This document shows positions 10,976 to 20,968 of a stretch of DNA of 64,000 nt, piece after piece (position 1 is the first letter of the stretch; each line of letters starts with the position of its first letter). The stretch is taken from assembly GCA_963762145.1 (NCBI GenBank), contig CAVXJS010000021.1:512001-576000 (forward strand). Direction: 5' to 3'. Made by a program: the position numbers and the translations under genes. The notes under the pieces were generated by a model. It searched no databases. It was not told the origin of the DNA and was given only the letters and a program-made list of their open reading frames with translations. This DNA comes from an uncultured Candidatus Rokubacteria bacterium. GTDB taxonomy: Bacteria; Methylomirabilota; Methylomirabilia; Rokubacteriales; CSP1-6.

Positions 10976-11866
10976 TCAGGTGCCGCGGCCCCAGAGCCCG
11001 CAATAGCGGCGCAGGACGAACTGGAGATTCTGCTGGTAGCCGGCCCAGCTCTCGTACTTCGGGAGCTTCACGTCCTTCTCGACCGCATCCCAGCACTTGC
11101 CGGCCTGGGCGGCGGTCTTCACCTCCGCGGAGGCGTCCCGCAGGAACGTGAGGAGATCCCGCACGTCCTGCTTGGTCCCGATTCGTCCGCCCGGGCCGGG
11201 GTGGCCGGGAATGACGCGGTCCCAGTCCATCGCGATCACCTGCTCCAGCGAGCTCTCCCATTCGAGCGGGTAGGAATCGATCATGCCCCGGCCGGGGATC
11301 GAGGCCACGGTGACGAAATCGACCGCGAACAGGATCCGCTGCTTCGGCAGCCGCATGACGATCGAGCTATCGGAATGGTTGAGACCGACGTAGGTCAGCT
11401 CGATGGTGGTGTCGCCGAGTGTGATGGTCCGGAACTGGTCCATCACCTCGTCGACCAGCACGGTGTGGGGATCCCGGAGCGCGGCGAGACGCTCCTGGAC
11501 CCGGCGGTGCGCGACGACGGTGGCGCCCGCGTCCTTGAACGGCTTGCCGCCCGCGATGTGATCGAAGTGGTGGTGGCTGTAGATCAGGTACTTGATGGGC
11601 TGATTCGTGACCTTCCTGATCTCGTCGACGTAGGTCGTCACCGCCTGCGGACGCCCGTAGCCGATGGGATCGGTGGCGATCACGCCCGCCGAGGTGACCA
11701 CGAACATCGACTGGTGACCTCCGTAGCGGAAGACGTACACGTTGTCGGTGCCGTCGACCTTGGTGGTCGCGAACGGCGGCGGGGTCGGCTGCTGCGCGTG
11801 GGCCGCCACGCCCAGACTCGCTGCGGTCAGCGCGACGGCTGCGATGGCATACCACAGTCGTGACAT
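10976..11866 (-). CDS. Secreted MBL-fold metallo-hydrolase
   Basis: Signal peptide (AHA-Q); SHHHFDHIAG, NHS, FAVD and IPGH motifs; RBS AGGAG. Confidence 0.88.
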   Translation of the reverse strand: MSRLWYAIAAVALTAASLGVAAHAQQPTPPPFATTKVDGTDNVYVFRYGGHQSMFVVTSAGVIATDPIGYGRPQAVTTYVDEIRKVTNQPIKYLIYSHHHFDHIAGGKPFKDAGATVVAHRRVQERLAALRDPHTVLVDEVMDQFRTITLGDTTIELTYVGLNHSDSSIVMRLPKQRILFAVDFVTVASIPGRGMIDSYPLEWESSLEQVIAMDWDRVIPGHPGPGGRIGTKQDVRDLLTFLRDASAEVKTAAQAGKCWDAVEKDVKLPKYESWAGYQQNLQFVLRRYCGLWGRGT

Positions 11867-12102
11867 GGGCCGCTCCTTCTCCTGGTGCTATGTGTGGAGG
11901 ACTCGCCGGCGGACCGCCTGCCGTCCCGGGTCCTTCCGCGGCATCCCGGACCGCGCGGCCGAGCGGATCATCGCGTCGGGGCCCGCCCACGTCAAGGGGC
12001 CGGGGCTCCGGGGGTCTCCGCGCGGCGCCTTGACCAGTCGCCGCAGAGATAGGATGCTCGCAGGGTCCGATCGCTCTCACCCCCCTTCAGGAGGACACGC
12101 TG

Positions 12103-13125
12103 ATGGCCGCTCTCCCGCTGATCCCGTCCACCGTCGTCGGCTCTCACGGCAAGGCCGGCTGGTGGTACACCGCCGTGAAGGCCTACGAGGCCGGGGACAT
12201 GGGCCCCGGGGACCTCGACGAGATGTTCGACGACGCGGCCGACACCGCGATCCGCGACATGGAGCGGGCCGGCCTCGACGTCATCACCGACGGTGAGGTG
12301 CGCCGCCTCGACGGCTACGTGGATTCGTACTACGCGATCATCAAGGGCATCGAGCCGCTGCCGGTGCGCCGCAAGGCCGGGCCCTGGGGCTACGACCAGC
12401 AGACGCGCTACGAAGCAACCGGGCGCATCGAGGCGCCCGCGGGCGGCCTCGGCATCATCAAGGAGTTCGAGTACCTCAAGGCCCACACCACCCGGGGCAT
12501 CAAGGCCACCTGCGCGGGGCCGCTGACCTTCGGCTCCCGCATCCATCCCGGCAAGCTGTACAAGGGCGTGGTCGACGTGGCCGAGCGCTTCGCCGAGGTG
12601 ATCAACGCCGAGCTGCGGGGACTGGTGGACGCGGGCGCCGACTTCATTCAGATCGACGAGCCGGCGCGCGGCAACGTGAGCGGCGAGGAGATGGCGCGCC
12701 TGTTCAACCTGGCCACCGAGGGCGTGAAGGCCAAGCTCGCCTTCCACATCTGCTTCGGCAACCGCTTCGGCCGCTCGCGGTTCGACCGATCCTACCGGCC
12801 GTACTTCCCGGGCGTGCTGAAAGCGCGCGCGGACCAGCTCGTGCTGGAGTTCGCGGGCCGGGAGCTCTCCGAGCTCGACCTCTGGAAGGAGTACGGCCAG
12901 GATCGCGAGCTGGGGGCCGGGGTCATCGACGTGAAGGGCTTCAATCCCGAGAGCCCGGAGGACGTGGCGGGCCGCATCCGGCGGGTGCTCACGGTCTGCC
13001 GCCCCGAGAAGCTCTACGTCAATCCCGACTGCGGCTTCGGGTGGTCTCCCCGCTACATGTGCAATCAGAAGGTCCGCGCGCTCGCGGCCGGCGCAGTGCT
13101 CGCTCGCAAGCAGCTGACCGGATGA
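12103..13125 (+). CDS. Second cobalamin-independent methionine synthase II (MetE C-terminal-like) family protein
   Basis: RBS AGGAGG; AGLDVITDGEVRR, IQIDEP, HICFGN, LEF and NPDCGFG Zn-ligand motifs. Confidence 0.88.
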   Translation: MAALPLIPSTVVGSHGKAGWWYTAVKAYEAGDMGPGDLDEMFDDAADTAIRDMERAGLDVITDGEVRRLDGYVDSYYAIIKGIEPLPVRRKAGPWGYDQQTRYEATGRIEAPAGGLGIIKEFEYLKAHTTRGIKATCAGPLTFGSRIHPGKLYKGVVDVAERFAEVINAELRGLVDAGADFIQIDEPARGNVSGEEMARLFNLATEGVKAKLAFHICFGNRFGRSRFDRSYRPYFPGVLKARADQLVLEFAGRELSELDLWKEYGQDRELGAGVIDVKGFNPESPEDVAGRIRRVLTVCRPEKLYVNPDCGFGWSPRYMCNQKVRALAAGAVLARKQLTG

Positions 13126-13155
13126 GACCAAGGTCCAATAGGAGAAACGGCCTTC

Positions 13156-13189
13156 TGAGCATGAACTGCACTTGAGCATGAACTGCACT
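13156..13189. repeat. Perfect 17-bp tandem repeat (TGAGCATGAACTGCACT x2)
   Basis: Read directly at 13156-13172 and 13173-13189. Confidence 0.85.
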
Positions 13190-13298
13190 CCGATCTCGTC
13201 CTCCCCGCTGCCATTTCTTGCGAGTGTCAGAGGGCTCGCGTCGATCTGCTGACACCATCCGCTCAGTGATTTCACTCGGTTGCGTCGAAGTGTCCGCG

Positions 13299-13314
13299 TG
13301 GCACTCGCTTTGCT
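13299..13314 (+). promoter_or_regulatory. Sigma54 (-24/-12) promoter
   Basis: TGGCAC-TCGCT-TTGCT with exact GG-N10-GC spacing, about 65 nt upstream of the FecR-domain gene. Confidence 0.75.
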
Positions 13315-13378
13315 CCCTCCAGGCGGACACTGGCTCGACGCAGCTACCGCGCGCCGGTGAGAGGGAGCAAGAACGATC

Positions 13379-14716
13379 ATGTCCGGAACGAAGATCTTCG
13401 CGATGGCCGCCGCCCTGCTCTGCGCGGGCCTGCCCGCCGTCGCCGCCGCCCAGTCCGAGGGAAGCGCCGGGATCGTCACCACCGTCAACGGTGACGCGAC
13501 CCTGATCCGCGCAGCGACCGCCGCTCGGCCGGTGTCGCTGCAGATGCGCGACGAGATCTTCGTGCGGGACCGCATCCACACCCAGCCGCACTCCCTGGTG
13601 CGCGTGCTGCTGGGCGGCAAGGCCCTCATCACGGTGCGCGAGCTCTCGATCCTCACCGTGACCGAGGAAGCCGGCCGTGTCACGGTCGATCTCCAGTCCG
13701 GAAAGATCGGCGTGGCGGTGGTCAAGGGCCGCATGCGCCCGGGCGAGGTGATCGAGATCCGCTCACCGAACGCGACGGCCGCGGTGCGGGGTACCGTGTT
13801 CGTGGTCGAGGTGGACCCGATCAAGGCGGGTGATGCAGCCGCCGCCACCACGACCCGCGTCCATCTCTTCCACGGTGCGCTCGACGTGAGCGCGCACCTC
13901 GATCCCTCGAAGCCCACGGTCCGGCTCGCGGAGCTGCAGAGCGTGGTGGTGGCGGGCAACGCGCTGGGGTCGGTACGCCCGATCTCCCGGGACGCGGTCG
14001 CCACCCTGACCGCGGATCTGAAGCCGAAGCAGATGCAGACAAAAGACGCTCCCGATGAGTTCAAGAGTCCCCTGATGGCCCGCGAGCAGGGCCGGGCGAT
14101 CCAGCTCGCCACCGCGCTGCTGCCACCCCTGCCCGGCGGACCGCCGAACCAGGCCGTGCTCCAGAACGTGAAGGGCACCGTGAACGGGACCGTGAAGGGC
14201 GTGACCGGTCTCGCGACCAACCTGACCGACGTCACGGCCGAGACCCTCGACCGCCTGATGGACACCCTCGGCCTGGGCGACACGCTGGTGGGCGGGCTGG
14301 TCGAGGGCGTCGGAGACACCCTGCAGGGCACCGTGGGCGCGCTCGGCAACACGCTGACGAACACGGTGGGCGGGGTCGGCAACACCCTCACGAACACGGT
14401 CGGCGGGCTGGGTGCCACCGTGGGCAGCACTGTCGGTGGCCTCGGCAACACCGTGGGCGGGCTCGGCGGGACTTCCGGTGGCCTCGGTGGCGCCGTCAGC
14501 GGGCTGGGCGGCACCTCGGGCGGGATCGGCGGCACGGTCGGTGGGATCGGCGGCACCGTCGGCGGGCTCGGCGGAACCGTCGGAGGGATTGGCGGTGGGA
14601 TCGGCGGCACGGTTGGCGGGATCGGCGGCACCGTCGGCGGGACCGTGGGCGGCGTCGGTGGAACGGTCGGCGGGGTACTGGGCGGCCTGGGCGGACTACT
14701 CGGCGGCGGCCGTTAA
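13379..14716 (+). CDS. Secreted FecR-domain protein with long C-terminal Gly/Thr/Val repeat tail
   Basis: Signal peptide; DRIHT, IRSPNATAAVRGTVFVVEV and HGALDV FecR motifs; TVGG[LIV]G[GN] repeats from about 14280. Confidence 0.8.
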   Translation: MSGTKIFAMAAALLCAGLPAVAAAQSEGSAGIVTTVNGDATLIRAATAARPVSLQMRDEIFVRDRIHTQPHSLVRVLLGGKALITVRELSILTVTEEAGRVTVDLQSGKIGVAVVKGRMRPGEVIEIRSPNATAAVRGTVFVVEVDPIKAGDAAAATTTRVHLFHGALDVSAHLDPSKPTVRLAELQSVVVAGNALGSVRPISRDAVATLTADLKPKQMQTKDAPDEFKSPLMAREQGRAIQLATALLPPLPGGPPNQAVLQNVKGTVNGTVKGVTGLATNLTDVTAETLDRLMDTLGLGDTLVGGLVEGVGDTLQGTVGALGNTLTNTVGGVGNTLTNTVGGLGATVGSTVGGLGNTVGGLGGTSGGLGGAVSGLGGTSGGIGGTVGGIGGTVGGLGGTVGGIGGGIGGTVGGIGGTVGGTVGGVGGTVGGVLGGLGGLLGGGR

Positions 14717-14741
14717 GCAACCCTCTCGAGGACCTCTGATC

Positions 14742-17354
14742 ATGAGCGACCGTCTCGATTCTGCACGTGAACGTGGAGTGGTCTGGTACCCCGCGGACTT
14801 CTCCCGCGGGGCCCTGGTGGCGGGCCTGCCCGATGACCTCGAGCCGCGATTGCTCGAGCCCGGGCAGCCCGCCACCTTCTCACCCGACGAGGCCGGCGTG
14901 CTGCTCCTCGACGGCCCGGTAGACGACCTCGACGCGAGCCTGCTCGAAGCGGCACGCCAGGCCCTCGTGCCCGCGGTCGTGCTCTCGGAATCCCCCGAGG
15001 CGGCGCCGATGGCGCGCGGCTTCGTCACGCTCACCCTGCCGGTGGGCCCGGCCACGCTGGCGAGCGTGCTGCGCGCGGCGTGCGAGCAGGCCCGCGTCAC
15101 GCGCGAGGCGAGGGAGAGCACCCGGCAGCTCGAGGAGCTGAACGCCATCGGCGTGCGGCTCTCGGGCGAGCGCGACACCAAGCTCCTGCTCGAGCTGATC
15201 CTGACCAAGGCCCGCTCCATCACCCGGAGCGACGCGGGCTCCATCTACCTGATCGAGACCGCGGGAGACGGCTCGCGTCACCTCCGCTTCGAGCTCGCCC
15301 AGAACGACAGCGTGCCGGTCGAGTTCAACGCGGTCGCGCTTCCGCTGAGCTCGGAGAGCCTGGCCGGCCACGTGGCGCTCACCGGCGAGATCCTCGACGT
15401 GGCGGACGCCTACGCGCTGCCCGCCGACCGCCCGTACCACTTCAACCCGGAGGTGGACACGCTCGCCGGCTACCGCACCAAGTCCCTGCTCGTCCTGCCG
15501 ATGCAGACGCCGGGCGGCGAGGTCATCGGCGTGCTCGCTCTGATCAACTGCAAGCGGGAGAGCGGACGCCCCTTCGCCACGATGGCGGCCATCGAGCGCG
15601 AGGCGCTCCCCTACTCCAAGGCCTTCCGCAATCTCGCCGCGTCGCTCGCCTCCCAGGCCGCGGTGGCCCTGGCCAACAGCAATCTCTTCCGTGAGCTGAC
15701 CCGCCGGCAGGGCCGGCTGGAAGCGCTCGTGGACGTGAGCCAGCGCGCGACGCGCCTCTGGCCGCCCGCGACGGTGCAGCGGCGCATCGCCGATCTCTAC
15801 GCCGGGCTCCTGCAGGCGGACGCGATGGCCTTCCACCTGGTGGACGACGCCCATCTCGTGCGCGTGGAAGTGCGCGGCGAGGGCGCGGACTCGGTCCTCC
15901 CCGAGAAGGTCGCGATGGGCGAGGGGCCGATCGGGCGGGTCGCCGCGACCGGCGAGCCGCTCGCCATCATGGATCTGGCCGCCCGCGGGTGGCTCGATCC
16001 CGAGGGGCGCGCGAGCGCCGCCCGCCTCGGCATGCGCGCAGGCCTCGCGGTCCCGGTGCGCGCCGGCGATCGGCTGGTGGGCGTGCTCACCGCCTTGACC
16101 GGCCAGGTCGCCGCGTTCTCCGAGGACGACGTGGCGGTGGCCAGCACGTTCGCGGCGCAGGCCGGCATCGCGGTGGAGAACTCGCGCCTCTACGCGGAGC
16201 TCGAGCGCGCGCTCGAGGGCGTGCAGAAGTCCCAGGACCAGCTCGTGCAGGTGGAGCGGCTCCGGGCCCTCGGCGAGATGGCCGCGGGCGTCGCCCACGA
16301 CTTCAACAACCTCCTGGCCGTCGTCATGCTGCGCACCGAGCTGCTGCTGGCCCGAGGACAGGCTCCCGCGGTGGCGGAGAGCCTGACCATGATCCGCCAG
16401 GCCGCGCAGGACGGCGCGCAGACGGTGCGGCGGATCCAGGAGTTCACTCGCACGCGCAGCACGCGGCCCTTCGGCCAGGTCGACATGCACAAGGTCCTGC
16501 GCGAGGTCGTGGAGCTGGCCCGCCCCCGGTGGCGCGATCAGGCGCAGAGCCGCGGCGTCTCCTACGACGTGCGCGTGGAGGGCGGGAAGGTGCCGCTGGT
16601 GGCGGGCACCGCCGAGGAGCTGCGCGAGGCACTGCTCAACCTCCTGAACAATGGCCTCGAGGCGATGCCGGCGGGCGGGACATTCACGTTCAGGGCGGAC
16701 ACCGAGGGCGACCGGGTGGTGATCCGGGCGGCCGACAAGGGCTGCGGGATGTCCGAGGAGACACGGCGGCGCGTGTTCGAGCCCTTCTTCACGACCAAGG
16801 GGGCTCAGGGGAACGGGCTGGGTCTGGCGGTGGTCTGGGGCATCATGGCCCGGCACGGCGGGGAGATCGCCGTGGACAGCGCGCTGGGCCAGGGCACCAC
16901 GTTCACGATCCGCCTGCCCATTCCGGCGGTCCTGCCGGTGGACCCGGGAGCCGACAATGGGTCGCGGCTCCCCCGGGGCAAGCGGATCCTCATCGTGGAG
17001 GACAACGTCGAGATCCTGCGGTCCCTCGCCGACCTGCTCCGGGACCACGAGAGCCATGTCGTCGAGGCCCCGAACGGGATGACCGCGCTGGCGCGGCTCG
17101 AGGTCGAGGCCTTCGACCTGGTCCTGACGGATCTGGCCATGCCGGGGGTGTCGGGCTGGCAGGTCGCCGCGGCTTGCAAGGAGCGTTACCCGGACACGCC
17201 GGTCGGCCTGATCACGGGATTCGGTGATCAGCTCGAGCCGGAGAAGCTCGAGCGCCACGGCATCGGGTTCGTGGTCGCCAAACCCTTCTCGTCCGAGGAT
17301 CTGCTGCAGGTGGTCGCGACCACGCTCCGGGGGACAGAGCCCGCCCGAGCCTAG
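14742..17354 (+). CDS. Cytoplasmic hybrid histidine kinase (GAF-GAF-HisKA-HATPase-REC)
   Basis: Two GAF domains; H-box GVAHDFNNLL; NLLNNG, DKGCGM, FEPFFTTK, GNGLGL; receiver VEDN/TDLAMP/KPF. Confidence 0.9.
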   Translation: MSDRLDSARERGVVWYPADFSRGALVAGLPDDLEPRLLEPGQPATFSPDEAGVLLLDGPVDDLDASLLEAARQALVPAVVLSESPEAAPMARGFVTLTLPVGPATLASVLRAACEQARVTREARESTRQLEELNAIGVRLSGERDTKLLLELILTKARSITRSDAGSIYLIETAGDGSRHLRFELAQNDSVPVEFNAVALPLSSESLAGHVALTGEILDVADAYALPADRPYHFNPEVDTLAGYRTKSLLVLPMQTPGGEVIGVLALINCKRESGRPFATMAAIEREALPYSKAFRNLAASLASQAAVALANSNLFRELTRRQGRLEALVDVSQRATRLWPPATVQRRIADLYAGLLQADAMAFHLVDDAHLVRVEVRGEGADSVLPEKVAMGEGPIGRVAATGEPLAIMDLAARGWLDPEGRASAARLGMRAGLAVPVRAGDRLVGVLTALTGQVAAFSEDDVAVASTFAAQAGIAVENSRLYAELERALEGVQKSQDQLVQVERLRALGEMAAGVAHDFNNLLAVVMLRTELLLARGQAPAVAESLTMIRQAAQDGAQTVRRIQEFTRTRSTRPFGQVDMHKVLREVVELARPRWRDQAQSRGVSYDVRVEGGKVPLVAGTAEELREALLNLLNNGLEAMPAGGTFTFRADTEGDRVVIRAADKGCGMSEETRRRVFEPFFTTKGAQGNGLGLAVVWGIMARHGGEIAVDSALGQGTTFTIRLPIPAVLPVDPGADNGSRLPRGKRILIVEDNVEILRSLADLLRDHESHVVEAPNGMTALARLEVEAFDLVLTDLAMPGVSGWQVAAACKERYPDTPVGLITGFGDQLEPEKLERHGIGFVVAKPFSSEDLLQVVATTLRGTEPARA

Positions 17355-17360
17355 CTCGCG

Positions 17361-17972
17361 CTAGCGGGTGCCCTTGCGGCGCTCGTAGTGGCGCCGGCCC
17401 TTCGCCCGGTTCCCGCAGCTCGCCATGTCGCACCAGCGACGGCTGCGGTTCTTGGTCCCGTCCATGAAGAGCCGGCCGCAGTCGTAACCGGCGCACTCGC
17501 GGACGCCCGTCAGATCCTTCGACGTGAGTAGCTCGGACGCGGACCGCGCCACCCACCAGGCCACCCGATCCAGGCCGAGCGGGGCATCGGGCCAGATCCA
17601 CTCGAATCCGCCCGAGACGGAAGGACTCAGCCCGGCTCTGGTCATCGCCTTGCCGATCGCCTTGTTGATGGTGCGAAGGTCGGAGTCCGGAGCGGGCAGG
17701 CCGGCGGCCCGTGCCGAGAAGACGCCATAGAGGGCCTCACGGAGCAGGAGGGTCTGCGACAGCGCGTCCGCGGCCGCCCGGGGCTGCTCGCGCGCCGTCT
17801 CCCCCAAGGCGGCCGCCTCCGCCGGGGTCAGGATGGTGGCCTGGCGAGCCCAGGCCAGCAGATCTCCATAGCTGCCGATCAGGTCGATCTTCTCGCTGAG
17901 CGGACGCGCTCGAACCGTGTTGGTGAGATCCAGGCACAGCCGGCCGGCGTTGAGCTCGAACGCAAGATCCAT
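17361..17972 (-). CDS. ABATE/CGNR zinc-finger domain protein
   Basis: CLDLTNT N-terminus; CAGYDC-(x)-RRWCDMASCGNRAK. Confidence 0.92.
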   Translation of the reverse strand: MDLAFELNAGRLCLDLTNTVRARPLSEKIDLIGSYGDLLAWARQATILTPAEAAALGETAREQPRAAADALSQTLLLREALYGVFSARAAGLPAPDSDLRTINKAIGKAMTRAGLSPSVSGGFEWIWPDAPLGLDRVAWWVARSASELLTSKDLTGVRECAGYDCGRLFMDGTKNRSRRWCDMASCGNRAKGRRHYERRKGTR

Positions 17973-18014
17973 GGCGCCCGACTATATAACCTTCTAATCC
18001 GTTTTTTAAAGGGT

Positions 18015-20293
18015 CTACTGGCGCCGCTTCTGGTAGACCAGGCTGACCAGGAGCAGGACCACGCCCAGGACCAGGAACGAGAGGATCCGGTAGGCGGTCT
18101 TAACAGCGCCGAGATCCACCACGAACACCTTGAGCACGGTCAAGCCGAACAGGGCCAGGGCCGCGTAGCGCAGGACCCGATTGGAGCGGAGGAAGCCCCA
18201 GGCCAGCGCTGCCGCCGCGTAGAGCGTCCAGAGCAGGGAGAGCCCGACCTGGGTCCGCCACCGCAGCTCGCCGACGAGCTGGGCGCGCCCCGCCGTACGG
18301 GCCGCCGCCACCCGCATCTCTTGATAGCGGGTCCAGTTCACGCTCAGGACGAAGAGCAGGGCCAGGCCCGCCAGCCCCGAGAGCGCCCGGCCGATCGAGG
18401 CGGCCCGGGGCGTGGTCGTGGATCGGGCCAGCGCCCCGCCGGCCAGGCCGATGGCCACGCAGGCGGCCACCCGGACCACCAGGGGCACGCTCACCAGGGC
18501 GCCGGCCGCGCGCCGGGCCAGGTCGTCGTCGACGCCGAGCACCCGGACGAGGACGACGCCGGCCATCAGAGGGGTGGCGATCACGAAGGCGGGCGACGAG
18601 GACGCGCGGGCCAGGAAGCCGACGACGACCAGCTCGGCGATCAGCAGGACGGCCGGCCACTGCCCGGACGGCTCCCGCCAGAGCTGGACGGCCAGCGTCG
18701 CCACCGCGGCCACCCAGAGGGTGGCCCGCAGGGGCCTGGGCGTCCACCCGGCCAGGGCCCGGCCGCCCAGCCAGCCCCCGACGGCCAGGGCAACCACGAC
18801 CAGGAGGTGAACCAGGAAGGCTCGGTTCCAGACCGGCCTGATGTCCACCCACCAGTAGGCGTCGAGCCCGACCGCGCGGGCCGCCGCCAGCAGGAGCACC
18901 GCCAGTCCCCCCAGGCCGCCACGGGCGCCGGGGACCGCGAGGCCAGCCAGAGCAGCATCACGCCCTGCACCGCCCAGGCGAGCGTGACCCACTGGCCATC
19001 GAGCGCCAGGGGCATGACGATGGTGAGGAAGGTCCAGGACACCCCCTCGTGCAGGTCCACGGTCACCCGGTCGCCGGGGACCCGGGAGGCGTAGTCGGCC
19101 GACACGAGGCGGTAGAGCACGGCCAGGCCGAGGGCGTACGGGGCCTCCCACGAGGGACGCCAGGCTTCGAGCGTGACGTAGACCGCCCAGAAGTAGGCCG
19201 CCGCGTTGGCGACGACAAGGACCAGGTCGATCCGCTCGGCCCGCCAGCCCTCCACGCGTTCACGGAAGAGCGGTACCACCAGGAAGATCAGGAACAGCGC
19301 GGAGAGCAGCAGGAGACGCGTGAGCGGACGCGGGGCCTCGGGCTCGCGCAGGAGGGTCGGCAGCACGAGCAGCGCGCTGCCGAGCCACGCGAGCCGGTTG
19401 AGCGCGGGCCAGCTGCGGAAGCGCGCCACGAGCAGCACGAGCGCGTCGAGCACCAGCAGGTACGCGAGCAGGTTGCGCTCGTCCGGCCGCTCCACCTGCA
19501 ACAGCACGGGCGTGAGGAGCCCGCCGAGCACCGCGAGCACGGCGGTGATCAACCGGCTGCTCGCCACCGCGACGGCGGTGCCCAGCAGCGTGACCGCGAA
19601 CAGCGCGACGAACGCGGCGGTCGGCCCCACGAGGCCGTAGAGCGCGTGGGCGGCGAAGAGCGAGAGGTACAGCACGCCCAGGCCGCCGCCGGCCAGCCCT
19701 TCGCTGAGATACGGCACGTCCCGCCGGCGATGCAGGAGCACTCCGCCGCCCAGCATGACGAGGCCCGCGACCAGGCCGAGGGTCACGCGCGCGCCGGGCC
19801 CGAGGAAGGCGTTGTCGAAGGCCCACTTCAGGAAGAGCGCGACCCCGACGAGGATCGCGACGATGCCGACCCAGGTCGCCCAGCGCGCGCCGATGCGCTG
19901 CTCGAGGTCGAGCCCGCGGGGCCTCGGCGGGGATGGCGCCGGGGTCGGCGAATCGACAGGCGGCACGTCGAGGGGCGGCGCTTCGAGGACGGACCCCGCC
20001 GAGAGCGGCGCGATCTCGACCGGAGACGGCCCGGGCGGCGGCGGCGCGGGCGTGGGCTCGACGCTCGGCGCGACGTCCGGCGCGGCCGGGCTCTCCCGCG
20101 GCGTGGCGGCGCCCGGTCCGCCCTCGAGCTTCCACACGCGATAGACGAGCCCGCGCACGCGCTCTTCCAGCGCGGCCACGCGCTCGTCCGCGTCCGCGGG
20201 CCGTCGCGCGCGCGCCACGCTCAGGGCGACGAACGCCATGACGAGCGCGAGCACGGACAGGCTCAGACCGACGACGAGTCCCGCGGCGAACAT
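18015..20293 (-). CDS. DUF2339-family multi-pass membrane protein; frameshift in a G run at about 18907-18912
   Basis: LEQRIGARWATWVG, GGLLTPVLL, TLAWAVQG and KVFVVDL...YRILSF motifs across two frames; G6 where WGG needs G7. Confidence 0.8.
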
Positions 20294-20381
20294 GATCTGG
20301 CGCGAGCCTACACCAGCGCGTTCACGGCCCGGTTGGATTTGTGCCGTCCGGCGTCTCGGCGGATGGGCGATACTAGGCCCC

Positions 20382-20957
20382 GTGCTGCGACCTTTTCGGG
20401 CCGGGCGCTTCATCGTGACCGCGCTCGTCGTGGCCGCGCTCGTCCGGCCGCACCCCGTCGAGGGGCAGCCGGTTCGCTTTCGCATCCAGTCCGAGGCCAG
20501 CGAGATCACGTTCCGCGCGACGTCACGGATGATGAACGCCGAGGGGCACTTCTCCCGCTTCAGCGGCGACGTGATGGTGGATCCCGCCGCGCTCACCACC
20601 GGGCGCATCACGCTCACCATCGACGCGGCCTCGCTCGACACCGGCATCGAGATGCGCGACAACCACCTGCGCAGCTCCGACTTCTTCGACGTGGCGCGCT
20701 TTCCGACCGTGGCCTTCCAGAGCGTGCGGGTCGAGGCGGCGGGGCGCCGGGCGACCGTGGTGGGCCGGCTGACCCTGCACGGCGTGACCCGGGAGATCAC
20801 GGTGCCCATCGACGTGCAGATCACCAACACCGCGCTGGTGGCGAGCGGCGAGTTCATCGTCAACCGCGGCGAGTACGCGATCAACTACAACTCGTTCGTC
20901 AACCCGATCGGCAACGAGGTCCGCGTGGCGTTCACCTTCCGCGCCCGCGTACCCTGA
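20382..20957 (+). CDS. yceI: YceI-like polyisoprenoid-binding protein
   Basis: IDAASLDTGIEMRDNHLRSSDFFDVARFP and GRLTLHGVTREI motifs; start codon uncertain. Confidence 0.85.
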   Translation: MLRPFRAGRFIVTALVVAALVRPHPVEGQPVRFRIQSEASEITFRATSRMMNAEGHFSRFSGDVMVDPAALTTGRITLTIDAASLDTGIEMRDNHLRSSDFFDVARFPTVAFQSVRVEAAGRRATVVGRLTLHGVTREITVPIDVQITNTALVASGEFIVNRGEYAINYNSFVNPIGNEVRVAFTFRARVP

Positions 20958-20968
20958 GGGGACACTCC

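Noticed and set aside
11870-12102. SAM or cobalamin riboswitch upstream of the MetE-like gene
   Set aside because: No recognisable consensus; TTGACC and TAGGAT are only 14 nt apart, so the promoter is not called either
11992-14631. 879-aa minus-strand ORF with PPTVPP repeats
   Set aside because: It is the reverse complement of the Gly-repeat tail, FecR and MetE-like genes
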